63,742 nt of DNA, filler included, from Rhabdomonas costata (GCA_019059605.1; 37 parts of 37 records of this genome joined end to end with filler, not necessarily neighbours in it); one strand, 5' to 3'; positions 1 through 13,333 are shown, counted from the whole stretch's first letter. The notes: a model not told the origin generated them from the letters alone. Made by a program: numbers and translations.

Positions 1-1091
1 GGGGTTTTGTGGGCGTTTCAAGAGGGCTACGCCGAAGCAGGCCTTCTTTTTGTAAAAAAAACGGTAGGCCTCCCGAAACGCTGCGTGGGCGGTACTTGGG
101 GAGAGGAGTTTCCTGACCTTTCACCCTCGGTGGGTTACGTATCTGTATCTCTTTCGCGCCGCTTCTTGTCCCGCGCAGCGGAGGGTTTACGACAGCACCT
201 ACAAAGTATTTTACAAAAGTGATGGTTACTCTCGAATTCCCACTTGAACGCGCGAGCGCGAGAAAAAGCAAGAGAGCAAAAGAGGTTGCCGCCGGTCAAA
301 GTCTTCCTAATTCGGTGAAGCGCGGGGACAAAGGGAGTCCTAATATGGTGACAAGTGAGATCACAGCTTATGTCACCCGCACATCGCGAAAAAATCAACG
401 TATCCCAGGAAAGGCAGCTTCCACTGTAAACGAGGGCAACATTTTGGTCACACTGTTTTTACCCAGGATAATAACAGTGAATATAATAAATGCAACAACC
501 CCCAAAAGTCTTTTCAGTTTGATTCGTAGAAAAGGTTTCCACCGCGGCCCCACACAATCCCCACAACGAATGATGAGTGGGTTCAGCAAGAGTGCTGGCA
601 AACCTTCCCGCCTAAATCGTCAGCCACATCGGTGTCATCCTTCGACTCGTTCTCGCCTCTCAGGTGCCGCAGTAGCGCGTGGGGCACGTAGCGCCGCACC
701 CGCCTCAAGCTCTGAAGAATTCTCAGGCAGGACAGCTGAGTAGTGGTAGGGTCCTGATAAACACGCCGGCAGGGTGCTCTACAGTGGGTTCATGCCAGGC
801 AGGCAGGAAGGGATATCGCTGTCACCGCACGAAAAGCAGTGTTCAACACGCAGTCCTCGTGAAATGCTCACAATGATTTCACGAACTTTTTGGGTCTTGC
901 AGATTTTGGTTGTGCATCGGGTTCCCGATTCCAGTTGGGCCCGTTGGGCTTAAGACCTGTACTGCAGCATTTCCGTTAGGCAAAGGTACCACTAGTGCCG
1001 AGTGCGGTTCGTACCCCATCCTATAAACAGATTGCTTCCCACACACACGACTTGTTGAATTTGTTACAGAACCCCCAAAACTTTGCAGGTC

Positions 1092-1338
1092 TCAATGCAC
1101 ATCTGGCGAAAAGGAATGGGGGGGGATTTCTGGCACCTGGATTTCTTCCAGAAAGGCAAGCTTGTCCAGATCAAAGGTGGCAATGGCGGCACTGAGCTCC
1201 ACCGCAACTTGGACATCGTCGAGGCGCCTTCGGATAGCCGTCAACCGCTTTCTCAGTTGCCTGGGACGGAAAGGAAAACTATCAAGGGAGAGAGAGAGAA
1301 GGAGATGTGTCAGGTGGACATTCCACAGAGAAATGACC
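1092..1338 (-). CDS. Probable terminal exon of a hypothetical protein (VISLWNVHLTHLLLSLSLDSF...SFSPDVH*)
   Basis: CAG acceptor, then an open frame to TGA. No family recognised. Confidence 0.3.
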
Positions 1339-3457
1339 TGGAGACCGAAAGCGCGTCCCATTTCCCCTTAGCGTCCTCCCCAGGCGGTTAGGCACTCTGT
1401 TCTGCTAAACCCTGGCCATTTTTATTCGATTGGATAACGTAATGCTTGCACCTGCACTATTACTTTCTTTTTTGATTTGAGAGGAAGATGTAAGAGTGAA
1501 ATGTGAAGATGCCGATACCTTACGCTGATTCCAACCCACCCTCACTCCAACGCAAGATGTCCTGATGTTGAGTGGAGGGGTAACAGAGGGTGTAGGAGTA
1601 AGTGTATTCCAGTCACAAAAAAACNNNNNNNNNNNNNNNNNNNNNNNNNNNNNNNNNNNNNNNNNNNNTTAATTAATTAANNNNNNNNNNNNNNNNNNNN
1701 NNNNNNNNNNNNNNNNNNNNNNNNTTCACTTCCGTGAACCAGGTGGTTCACTTTCGTGAACCAAAATTGGTTCACGGAGGGGGTCTAGATTTAGTCTCAC
1801 ACCGCGTTTCCTTCGTATTTTCTTCCTGTTTTCACGTACATCGCAGATTAGGGGGATATCGGATCGTCATATATGCTAAAAATGTTCATTGAGTTCATTG
1901 AGTTGATTCTTTTTTGAAAGCTTCAGAGTGAAAGAGTGCTGAGACCCCGGTGTCTTTTGAATACTTGAATTTAAGTTTTTGCGTGTGATTTTTAAATCAT
2001 TCCCTCTTTTCCACGCTGTTTTCTTTTTTCTTTACGGGAGCCGCTTTTTCAATTCTCAGTTAGCCAGCAAAGGAGAAAATTTGCTCCGAAACCTATCCCC
2101 CATTTGACTTTTGTAAGCATCTGCATTTTCATCAATTTCAGAGCAGACTGAGCAGTGTCCATGGGCTTGCCGTCGAAAGTCCCCGAAGAAAGGAAGAGAA
2201 ACGGAAATGACTCGTCGATATTTTTTTATATTTATTCCCAGATATTCCCAGATTCTTTGCCCCCCCCCCCAATTCTCTTTCCCCTCATTATCAGGGAAGG
2301 AGGCAGTAATGCCTGTTATGACAGGGGGGGTCCGGCGGACGACTGAGGCACCGCGAGAGGTTATTTTGTGGCGTACTGACCCCTACCGCAAACACGCCAT
2401 GGCGCTGCAGGCACTGCTGCCCACCATGAAGCAGCTTTTGCTGGTTACTCTCCTCTCTCTTGAAGCAAAGTTATGTATTCTGTGCCCAGAAGCAGAAATG
2501 CATGTCTGTAAACATTCCAAAAACATAAAGACGGGAAAAGTGATGGAGCCGAGCGTTTGGTTGGCAGATTTGTTAAAAGGTTTGGAGCGGGACATTGCGA
2601 GTTCATTCCCGGCAGATAAAAAGTGTGGGAGTACACCCCGATGTGTGGTTGTAATCCGCGCGTTGTATCGGAAATAACATATGATATTCATGGGGGTGAT
2701 TGTATGACTGTGTGCGGTTGCTTTAGGTTCAATACTGGAACCGGGGTTTTGGTTTGTGTTTGTTTTCGGGATTTTGCTCCATTTTTGGCTCAGGTTGACA
2801 CACACTCTTTTTGCTGATCCTCGTTTCTTTTTGCTGGATGGGATGTCAAAAAAACACAAACCGTTCCCGCCAGCGATGGAGCCAGCATTTTTGTGCTTTC
2901 TGTGCTTTTTGCGCTTTCTTCTCAGGCCGAACCGGCGCGGTACTTTTCTAGCTCAGAGACCCGCCCGTTTCTGGCAGAACTGGAGCGATTCGCCGCATCC
3001 AAACATCCGGGGGAGATGGTGAGCCCACGTCTCTCCCTCTTTCGTTATCCATTTCTTCTTCCGCTTTCTTTTCGGACACTCCTACAAGGTTTCCGTGAAA
3101 AGATTAAATCTGCGGTATGCTTAGTGTCTGCATTTATTTCTTCCCACCTTTCTTGTGTAATGATGACTATGGAAAGCACGAGGAATGGCGGAGACTTCTC
3201 CTCCGCTGTGTCTTTCCGATTGGATTGATGGGTTGCTTAAATTCGATTCTGTTCTAATTTGCTATAGAGCGTTTGCTGAAGAAGGCCCTATGTTTCAGTT
3301 TTTGCCCCCCCCCAATTGTCGATTTTTACCATTTTCAGTGTACCACAAAANNNNNNNNNNNNNNNNNNNNNNNNNNNNNNNNNNNNNNNNNNNNTTAATT
3401 AATTAANNNNNNNNNNNNNNNNNNNNNNNNNNNNNNNNNNNNNNNNNNNNTTGTGTG

Positions 3458-3643
3458 GGGTAAAAGTTCAGATTTAAAATTTGGTATTGTTAGACGCAAA
3501 GAATTTAATAATCATAACCCTATAAAAGTTTCAATTGCTTCATTAATATAGCTTCGTGGTGCATCAATTAAAACTTTTATAGGGTTATGATTATTAAATT
3601 CTTTGCGTCTAACAATACCAAATTTTAAATCTGAACTTTTACC
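3458..3643. repeat. Contig-terminal fold-back inverted repeat (~75-bp arms) in AT-rich sequence
   Basis: ggtaaaagttcagatttaaaatttgg...ccctataaaagttt is mirrored by aaacttttatagggtt...ctgaacttttacc. Confidence 0.9.
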
Positions 3644-6242
3644 GCTTACACCAAAACAGCTGGCGCGTAAGCGGGCCTCAAAAGTGGGGAGGGGTTTCAT
3701 GAGGTGACCGCGGAGGCATGGGTGGCTGTGGCGCGGCAGCTGGCGCGGGCCAGGCAGGTGGCCTGACCTTGCACTCCATCGTGTTGAGTGGACTCGCCGT
3801 GAACATGGGTGACAGTGATGCAGTGATGTGGTAATTGTTGCGGGCTGCAAGCGGCCAAGAGCCAGTAGCCGAGCCCCTTTCGGCGTGGGTGGTTCGTTGT
3901 AAAGTACGCTGTGGGTGCTGTCGTAAACACTCCGCTGCGTGGGGCAAGAAGTGGGGCAAAAGGGTTACGAAAGAGCCGCCAAGGGGCACTACCACCGGCC
4001 GAGGGTGAAAGGTCGGGAATTTCCTGACCCCAAGGACCGGTCACGCAGCGTTTCGGGAGGCCTGCTGTATATAGAAAAGCCCCCCAGCAGGCCTGCTTCG
4101 GCTCAGCCCTCTACCACTGTAGGTACTGATTACGGAGACCCGTCTAGAGAAACCGTCTCGACCTCCGTTTTTATCTGTATTGTATTGCATTGTGTCACAT
4201 TATCTTAAAGTTTTCGGAAAGGAAAACTGATGCTTTTGCATTTTGAGCATGCTGATGATAATTTTTATAGTTAAGTTTTCGATATGTTTCTGGTTTGTTT
4301 ACGCGCCAAAAAAAGTTTTCCAAAAAATAACTCAATGATAAAGTTTTTATTTTAGAGAGAGAGAGAGGGATTGAGGATGGAGGGATTTAACCCACCCGGC
4401 TGGCCGAAGGATCTACAAACCGACGCGCTTGAGCATCTCGTCTTCGAGGATTGGAAGATGTTCAAGCGTATCGGAAAATCAAAGGCTCCTGAAAGTCCCA
4501 AGTATTGACGTGTTTTAGGATTGTTTTTTTATTATTTTTCCTATGAATGGGGTTGACTCTGTTGACACTGACACTGTGATGACACGCCCTATTCCTGCAC
4601 CTGCACCTGTTGTCTCCAGTGCTGAGCTGAAGGGTGAGGGCTACAGCAAGGAGAGGGTGCAGAGCCCGTAGAGCGCCAGTCTCCCGCAGTCTGTTTTTGA
4701 GAAGGGAGGGGAAGGTCTCTTGGGACGGTCTCTACCCGCTCCCCAACGCAAAATTTGAGCAGTTCAAAGTTCAAATCCTAGAACGTTGCAGAAACGTCTA
4801 AATTCCTGCGCAAACCGGCATAAATTGCGTCATTCATTAAACCTCCTCCCTGCACAGGATGACCTCATGCACGTTATAACTTCCTCCTCCCGGAGGTTAC
4901 AGCGGGCTATGGAAGCACCACAACCTCCCTTGAGATGCTCTAGCGGGGAAGAAGCGACCAGTGCATCTTTTCTGTTTGAGTGGGGTGCAGGAAAAGATTA
5001 GGCATGCAACCTAACGGTCAGACAACGAGCAACGGCCCATTAGGACTTCAATGTCGGTCAAAGGTCCCCAACCACCCNNNNNNNNNNNNNNNNNNNNNNN
5101 NNNNNNNNNNNNNNNNNNNNNTTAATTAATTAANNNNNNNNNNNNNNNNNNNNNNNNNNNNNNNNNNNNNNNNNNNNGTTGGTTGTTTTCTTGGCCCAAT
5201 GGAAGTTGAGAAGGGGGGGAGGGGAGTGGTAACGATTACAACTGGTAACAGAAAACTGGCTTAATTTTTTTTAGGCTAAATTAGCTAAAAATCGGCGACG
5301 TAAAGTATATCAGCACTCTCGAAATGACTGTATTTGTGTGTAAGGGGGTTAGTTAAGCTTGCCAGTGCCCCCTAGATGAATGTTTTTGCTTAGAAGCTGA
5401 AATTACTGCTGGCTAAGGACTCGCCAATGGCTGGGATCTGGGCGGACGAGTAGGACAGCAATAGTTTAGGGGCGAAGGCCAGTCTGCGCGCCGGAGCGGG
5501 CGGCGGGGGCGTGATCTGAGGGCCCTTTAACAACTTTTAAAAATATGCTCCCACAGTAGAAATTGTTACCACACACACCTCCAACTTCCATTGCACCGTT
5601 TTCTTCGTTCTCTTACCGCGCGGGCGTCGACTCGAACCTTTTTCCAGGTGCCTCCTCCCCAGTGAAGCCCCGCTCGACGACCCCAACTTCCGTACCAAGG
5701 CGGAAGTTTCCTGCTGCCCCATCGGCCACTGCAAAGGTGCGGTTCTGTGAAGCATTGATTCCGCCCCCTTCGATCCGTTTTTCCACCCTTCCCATTGCTG
5801 GGAAGGGATGGAAGTAAACACGGCTGCATTTCTGACGGAGTGATTTACGTCTATTGACGGAGGAGAGCGGGTTTTTGACAAACTGCAGGTTCAAGGCAGT
5901 GTTCGGGCTCGGGAAGGCCAACCCCAGCCAGGTCGTTTCTGGCTTAACATTGGCACAAAGAAATATGTCTTAGAGTCGTGAAAGCAGATACCGCCGATCC
6001 GCCTTTTCCTGCCTGAACAGGTGCAAAAGGCTCGCTTGCAGCTTCTCAGTAGTTCCCGAAGACTACATTGTCGGCAGGCAATATGCAAAAAAAGAACGTG
6101 AATAGCGGCACAGCTGCTTTGGGGAAAGGTTAGCACTCAGCGAAAAGCTGAGGCAATGGCTAAAAGAGATGATGAAGAACAGTAGTAATTCACCCACAGG
6201 GGCACGCGCACCCTGACCGAGGAAGCTCTTTAGTTCTACTCA

Positions 6243-6488
6243 CCGCGCTCCCTGCAAGCATGCACGCATATACATGAACGTCCTGCTGGTAGAGCACCAC
6301 TCCGACCAAGCCTGCCCGCAGCCGCACCCACCCGGGCCCCTTTGGGCTGTGGCCGGTTCACCGTGCCCGTCCTCGCCGCTACGGTGTCGCGCAGCCCCAC
6401 GAAGGACTCCCCAGCTCGCCCACGGACCCCTGCCGGGGGCACCTTCTCCAAGGTCAGCGTCATATGAACTTAGCATCCTTTGGGACAT
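6243..6488 (-). CDS. Possible first exon of a hypothetical protein (MSQRMLSSYDADLGEG...)
   Basis: ATG after a pyrimidine tract, GC-rich open frame, ending at a GTGAGT donor. Confidence 0.3.
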
Positions 6489-7023
6489 TTTTTCAATGGG
6501 GACGGAAAGAGGAGGGGATTAACATGATCACTCGATCCGAAGGATCCAATTACTAGCTGCTGAATCTTGCTCGTCTTTGTGCATAGTGCTTTCGTTCGGG
6601 GAAACAGCGTTTGCACTATTTTGGCGGTGCCTATGATGCCGATAAAATTGTTGAGAAATCTCGTGGCAATGGTGAGATGGGCACGACGGCGTGCCACGCG
6701 GGGGTTGAGGTTCTCAGGTTTATTTTGGCTTTGGCCCTCTGAGGCGCCGTCCGACTAGACCCAGAAGTGTACTCAATCCCCACCCATGTTGGTTCCGAGG
6801 GAGNNNNNNNNNNNNNNNNNNNNNNNNNNNNNNNNNNNNNNNNNNNNTTAATTAATTAANNNNNNNNNNNNNNNNNNNNNNNNNNNNNNNNNNNNNNNNN
6901 NNNGGGGTGGGTTAAGAAATTTCTGACCTTTCACCCTCGACCAGTTGTGGTGCCCCTTGGCAGAAGAGAAGAAGAGATGAGATGACATTCACCGGAATAC
7001 ACGGGGGGGTTCATCCGCCACAC

Positions 7024-8358
7024 CCTTGCGGGAGGCAATGGCCTGGTCTAGCGCGGGCTCCACCTTGGTGATGTCATCCACAAGGACCCCTTCCCCACCG
7101 TACGCCCGAGCGAGCTGCACAAAGTCGGGGCTCTCGATGCTGTCCCCTTGAACCTTGCCGTACCCGAAGTGCACCCGGCCCAAAAGGCGGTTCTTGAAGA
7201 TAACCATAACCTGTAATCCAGAACCGCACACACGCACTCGTCGAATTTGACGCCGGGTCAATGAGGTGCAGATGAAACAGTGTCAAAAAAACAGCGCAGT
7301 GCAAAGACATGTGAGAGGACATAGAGGCGAAGATTAAGCCGAGTTCCCCGTGTGCACAGCACGATAAAGTACAGCCTCTGGCGCGCAAAGAACGTAAGAC
7401 GCGAGAGCGGTGCATGTGAGACGCAGATGTATTTTGTGTACCGTTTGTGCGGGAAAGCGGAAGAAGGAGAATAGGGAAACGATTATCAGGGAGACAATGA
7501 GTGGCACGGGACTGATGTGCACCCGTTGACATCTGCTGCCGCAGTAAAGCAAGTTGAGGATTCTCAGGATTTCACAGAAAGCTGGGGGATTTTCCAGGAG
7601 ACACGTTGCGCGAGATTCACACACTGGTTGTGGGTGCGTCACCCATACGATCCATACGCCTGTGCCAGATATAAAGGTGGCATCAGGGCAAACAAAACAG
7701 TGGCCAGCACAAAGAGCCACCACGGAATCAGGAATGGCTGACTCCAAGACAGCGTTTCAAGAAGCCTGCTGTTTACCCAGAAGACCACAGGCCTGCTTGG
7801 AGTGATTTGAAGAGGAGGAGCGGAGCAGTATGGAAATACAGAGAAAAGGGAAGGTGCTGGAGATGAAATGCATCAATGTCATAATGTTGTGGCGTGGCTT
7901 GCCACTGTTGGACACGTGTGCGGGTGGATGTGTGGTTTCGAGAGGGACCTGAGGTGGTGCTACCCCCCTCTCCATCTGACACCATCTCGTGTATGAGTGT
8001 GAGGAAGGTCCTCTGTATTCTGATTCTGCACCATGACTGTCCATGTATGCATCCAACTGTCCATGTATGCATCCATGTACCAACTGAAGAGGGAGGGGGT
8101 GTACAGACCACATTGGTGATGCCGTACTGGGTGGCAAGGCTGAGCTCGTTAAGAGTCATCTGCACTCCGCCGTCCCCGACAATCGCGAATGCCTTGCCCG
8201 GGCTCTCCAGGACCAGGGCCGCGGCTAGGGCCCCAGGCACGCTGTACCCCATGGTGCCCATGCTCTGGCTGCTCAGCACTCGAGTCTGATTGCGGATCTG
8301 CAGGCACAGCGAGGTCCACAGGGTGACATCCCCGGTGTCCACCACCACGACGTCCGAG
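7024..8358 (-). CDS. Thiamine-pyrophosphate enzyme C-terminal domain (acetolactate synthase / pyruvate oxidase family), partial; exons 8358-8109 and 7210-7024
   Basis: The spliced product has VVVDTGD, GTMGYSVPGALAA, the TPP motif GDGGVQMTLNEL...VMVIFKN, and PDFVQLARAYG. The GT-AG intron 8108-7211 keeps frame. Confidence 0.9.
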
Positions 8359-8866
8359 CTGCGCGCGAGCGTGTTTTGATTCGGTAAGGAGCCGTCCCTC
8401 AGCGCATGGCGCTTTTCGCATGTCAAGCGCGATGAACGCAACCCTTGCCCTCTGTGATCCTAATAGGCAAGGCAGGATCCATAGCGCGGTCCCCACCATA
8501 CGCATATGCAAGCGAACACAAACACNNNNNNNNNNNNNNNNNNNNNNNNNNNNNNNNNNNNNNNNNNNNTTAATTAATTAANNNNNNNNNNNNNNNNNNN
8601 NNNNNNNNNNNNNNNNNNNNNNNNNGTTTTGGTTTGTTCTTCGCTTAAAAGGAGAACGTTGCCGCCTTTTAGATGCGCTTTGTGGGTTTTAGTCGGTCCC
8701 CGCACGGGCTCCGTGAAGGCGAACTGTAAATGGAGGCAAGTGTTGGTGGTGAGGGGTGGGCTTGAGCAGGGAATTTCAGTGTGTTTTGAGGTGCAGTTGG
8801 GTTTGGCTGCTCTTTTTTTCTTTCAGCTCGCCAAACGACTGAGGTATTTTTCCGGTCCTCTCGCAG

Positions 8867-9181
8867 GGGTTGGCCCTGTATCGTGCGATGCGGATGGGAA
8901 GCGCAGGCCCGACCTTCCCTCCGGAGGAAGGGTTCGGGAGGCTTCCCTGTGGGATGCCGGTGGCGCCCCTGGCGCCTGTGCCGCGGGCGCGGGAGTGCGG
9001 GCCTCGTTGGGAGTACGTACCGAGGTGCTCGGCGCAGGTCATCGAGGCTATTTGCTCGTTGGTGGACAGCCGGCTGGAGGGGGGGATAGCCGTTGACGAG
9101 CTGCTTGAGCTCCTGCAGACGCTGGCGCCCTGCCTGACGGGCAGGCGCCGCCCCCCGGAGCTGTACAAGCGGGGCGAGCTG
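8867..9181 (+). CDS. Probable exon of a hypothetical protein (GLALYRAMRMG...ELLELLQTLAPCLTGRRRPPELYKRGEL)
   Basis: GC-rich open frame between a CAG acceptor and a GTGTGT donor. No family recognised. Confidence 0.35.
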
Positions 9182-9469
9182 GTGTGTGTGCCTGCACGTG
9201 TGTGTGCATTTGCTGCGTCTGCAAGTGAGTGTGAGTGAGTGCGAGTAGAATAGTATCGGGCTTCAGGAACCATAATTACCCCACATTTCGCTCCGCTGCA
9301 CGCAGGGTCTGTCGCCCCCCGCCCCCCGGATCCTTCTCATACTCGCTGGTTGAAACAAACTACTGAGACTGAGAGCAGCTACTTCAAGGGAAAGGCATAT
9401 ACTTGTGAAAGCACGTTGTATCTGAGGCCGCTATGCTATGCGCCAAGACATCTGAGATGAAAAGCACGC

Positions 9470-10251
9470 ACCTGCTCCTCCAACGCAACAACACCCCAAC
9501 CACTGACACCTCAGCATACCCTAGCGTCCCCACCACAAAACACCCAAACACCCACGAAACCCACAACTGACACTCCAGCAACAACATCCATACACCATGA
9601 TTCCTACCTGCACTACCATCTTGTTCTAGTACTTTCCGCGGGGAAAATCACTCAAATCACACACAAAGTACACACAACCCACCCAAGAATTCGCACACCA
9701 CTTACCCAAACCCATGCTCACCATCCTACACACACAAAGCACGTACAAATGCTGCAACCCCAACACTCACTCAACCACCAATTCACGAATTCCAGCACTC
9801 CCATCATCACATACTGACAGAACACCAAACACAGATACACCCAAATACCCATGCTCAGAACGCACATACATACCTACATACACACCACATACCATACCCT
9901 ACAGAACCACTCAAAAACCAAAGACAGAAATACCGCAGAACTCCAGCACACACACATCCCACCAACAACGCACCGACACCCGCCCTACGCCCTGCATTCC
10001 CATACCAAGGCTTCTAACACCTCGTAATCCTACACAACCAAACACCACCACTGAGCCAGAATTCCAACATCCAACGCAACCATGAACCCAGATCCAGCAC
10101 CCATACACCACACCCACCACAGCCAACACCATGCATTACAACCTACAAGCCAGGAATACCACACATCAACACAGATCCAACAACACCACAACCTAAATAC
10201 CAACGCCAACCCTACCGCTTCCAACCCTGCAACCCCAATGCACCAACACCC
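9470..10251. repeat. Strand-asymmetric A/C-rich (G-poor) low-complexity tract
   Basis: About 780 nt dominated by ACC/CAC/CAA words, running to the contig end. Confidence 0.8.
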
Positions 10252-11677
10252 NNNNNNNNNNNNNNNNNNNNNNNNNNNNNNNNNNNNNNNNNNNNTTAAT
10301 TAATTAANNNNNNNNNNNNNNNNNNNNNNNNNNNNNNNNNNNNNNNNNNNNGTGGGGGGGGGTCTGCAGTCCAGTGGTTCTCATGTGCTTGTACCAATTT
10401 GCGGATGAGCATGGAACCTTGAAAATCAAGTCGTCACACGCTTCACAAAATGGCACGTGCACAGCCTGATGCTGCAACGAGAGAAAGGAGCTGAAAATTG
10501 AAAAGAATTGAGGGAGTCTGATAACCACTCAAAAAACGAAGAAAGAGGGGCCACCAACTGCAAGCAGAGGTGCAACACAACACGGAAAAGAGAAGATTCC
10601 GCGCCAGACGTCAGTTGGTAAATTCCTCGCTGACGCTTCGCGCGCAACGGAACAAATTGGTTCCTGATGGAACGAGGTGGAACCAATAATGCCACTCCAG
10701 GCTGATGCGTGGTGTCGCTTTCACCTCCTCCTCCCAACCACCTCTACCCCAACTGTACATGGTGGTCCACCCATCATATGTGTACTCGAAAGGACTACCA
10801 AATGGAGGGGGCCGGGGGTCCTGTTTGGACTTGAGTACAGATCCACACACGCACATACACATCGCAACTGACAACACAACACAAAGCCTCCTGTGGCCAC
10901 CAAATTCCTGCCTGATCTCAAACCTAATCCCTCAAAAGGGGGCCACAAATGGCCAACGCGGGCCCAAGCAAAGGGGGGTGGGGGGCAACCAGCTGCAAGC
11001 AGAGGTGCAACGCGACACAAAAAAAACCCAAAAAAAAAAAGACGTAAAAGACTTAGACATTGGGGTGTGAGAGCGCAAGGGGAAGGGCCCGCAACAGGCA
11101 CGCTGAAACACAAAAAAAACGGAAGGAGGCGAGTGTGCGGGAGGTCGCGAGCACAATGAAGAAGTTGGCAGGGTAGGTAGGATTTCGCCACTGCGCAACA
11201 GTGGGCAACCGGAAGGAGGAACAAAGTCATTGGTGAACTTTGTCTGCAGGCCGCGTTCAGATCTCTAAAATTGGATGAGGCAGCATTGAAATTTAACCAC
11301 AATCTTCGAAGCACACCTCGACAACCTTAGACCTAGCAAGCAAACACAGGCAGCCCACCAGCAGAGAGGACGTGGGAACGCGAATCCACACAACGTAAAG
11401 TATGGTTCCACTGACCTCAGCAAGTAGAGAATCCAGCAAAACGAGCAACGAGAAAACCAGACTGATAGAAGAATAGATATAGCTGGGCTGGGAGGGAAGT
11501 AGACAATCGGAGAAAAAGCACGCATCATATCTCGCTTTCATTTTTATTTCGGCAACGTATGGAGCCGGTGCGACAAAAGGGTAGAAACAAATTGCAGAAC
11601 GCCCTGTGTCATTGATATATACAGCCCATATTGATGCAAGGGAAGCAGCAAGCCCTTTCACATTGGAGGGAAGGAGC

Positions 11678-11869
11678 TTACAAGTGTGGAATTTGGGAAG
11701 CGGCGTCCTCCGCGGTCGCAGTCGCAGTCGCCATTATCATCATGCTCGGGGACAACACGAACTCCCCAGGGGTGGGCAGCGACTGGTCCCGATACAGCAG
11801 CCACCGCGTCACCACCTGCTGCAGAAGGCCCCGGGGCACAGGCTTGCTCAGGAAGGCGTTCATCCCGGC
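11678..11869 (-). CDS. Terminal exon with the C-terminal part of a response-regulator receiver domain (hybrid histidine kinase type)
   Basis: AGMNAFLSKPVPRGLLQQVVTRWL fits the receiver motif GMxxFLxKP...L..VL.RW. CAG acceptor, TAA stop. Confidence 0.8.
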   Translation of the reverse strand, partial: AGMNAFLSKPVPRGLLQQVVTRWLLYRDQSLPTPGEFVLSPSMMIMATATATAEDAASQIPHL

Positions 11870-12373
11870 CTGCAGGTGAGGAGCGAGCAAGGAGCCTAGG
11901 CAATAGGCAAGCGAGCTGGCGGACCTGAAGGGACGATGCCCCAACGACCCCAATACACGAAGTATACCCACCACCCNNNNNNNNNNNNNNNNNNNNNNNN
12001 NNNNNNNNNNNNNNNNNNNNTTAATTAATTAANNNNNNNNNNNNNNNNNNNNNNNNNNNNNNNNNNNNNNNNNNNNGTTGTTTTGTGCAGATCCGGAGAT
12101 ACACATCACAGATAGTTTACACCACCCCATTGCCCCACCAAATCGTCAGCAGTTCATCGATCCATGGAGGTGTTAAGCTTAGCAGAAAAATCGAAGTCCC
12201 AGGAAGGGACCCCACGAGGTATGCGCGCCAGCGGGAGATCATCAAGCAACATGGTGCTGTTTGCTATTTTCTCGTTTTCCGTCAACAAAAGAGCTGGTAG
12301 AGAGAAATTTCCGGAAAAAAATCACGAACATTCGGACAAAGGAGTTGGTGGTTGTAGCAGTCGAGGTCCATAC

Positions 12374-13333
12374 CTCGGTCTCTGAGCCAAAAAAGTCTTG
12401 GCAGTGAGATTCAAGCGTGATTGCCTCGGGGTGACGCCTCAGCAAAAGCAAAGTCATCGTGAGCAGAGCCTGCAGCAGGTCCTCCCCCGCATCACTTCCA
12501 GCATCCCCAGAGGGGGACAGCACCGTCTTCAGATATGCACAAACCTCCCCGTGAAAGCTGTCCACTGAGCTGCAAGGAGAAACAGGTGAGCCAACAAGAT
12601 AAATGCTTGCAGCACTAAACACTACAAGGTTTGACCTCAGATCTTTCCCCCAAATGATGCTGGCATTATTGCTTGGGGAACGGATATGTCAGGCATACAT
12701 CACACACCATACAAACGGCTTCTCATTCCTGCGATTTAGGACGCTTTGGGATCTTGGATCCAGAGCTGAAGGGCGTTGTAGCCCCAAAAGAAATCCTCTC
12801 TTTTACTGCGAAGATTAAGGACAGACCTGCGGAAACGCGCATACACGGCACAGCTAGCAGAAAGCGCAAACCCCATGTGCACACTAGGCATCTGCACTTC
12901 ATGCAGAAGCATACTGTTCCCTTCTTCACTTCCTCTTCATCCCTTTACATCTGCGTGCTGAGACTGCATCTTGGGAGGGTACTCGAGCCACGACCCTCGT
13001 TTACCCCCTCCGCTTTCCCCTCACAACTCCACTCTCAACCACACATATAACCATACGCACACCGGCAAGCCTCAGAGCAGTACACCACTAGCTCGCATTG
13101 AGTGCAGCTCAGGGCAGGCGCTGAGCGCCCGCCCCTCGAGAGGCACCGCCCACAGCCCGCGCAGACCTCTGAGCGTACCGCGGCAAGCACCCCAAGGACT
13201 AGCGGAGTGCAGGCCGGCAGGAGCATCTCCCCGGGAAGCACGTCCTGTGTGGCCACCACGCGGCGGCCTGACCGCTGGGAGTGCCCACAGGCGGAGAGGT
13301 CAGCCTGCGCCTTGGCCTCCACAGGACCGCGAG
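12374..13333 (-). CDS. SET-MYND (SMYD-type) lysine methyltransferase, N-terminal part; exons ~13333-13063 and 12569-12374
   Basis: SET N-terminal motif GRRVVATQDVLPGEMLL, then a MYND finger CAGC...CTQC..VVYCSEAC|RSVDSFHGEVC that is completed across a GT-AG intron. Confidence 0.85.

Noticed and set aside
4378-4442. tRNA-Tyr-like sequence on the minus strand (TGTAG loop, GGGTTAAATCCC)
   Set aside because: The anticodon and acceptor stems do not pair. At most a decayed tRNA/SINE relic.
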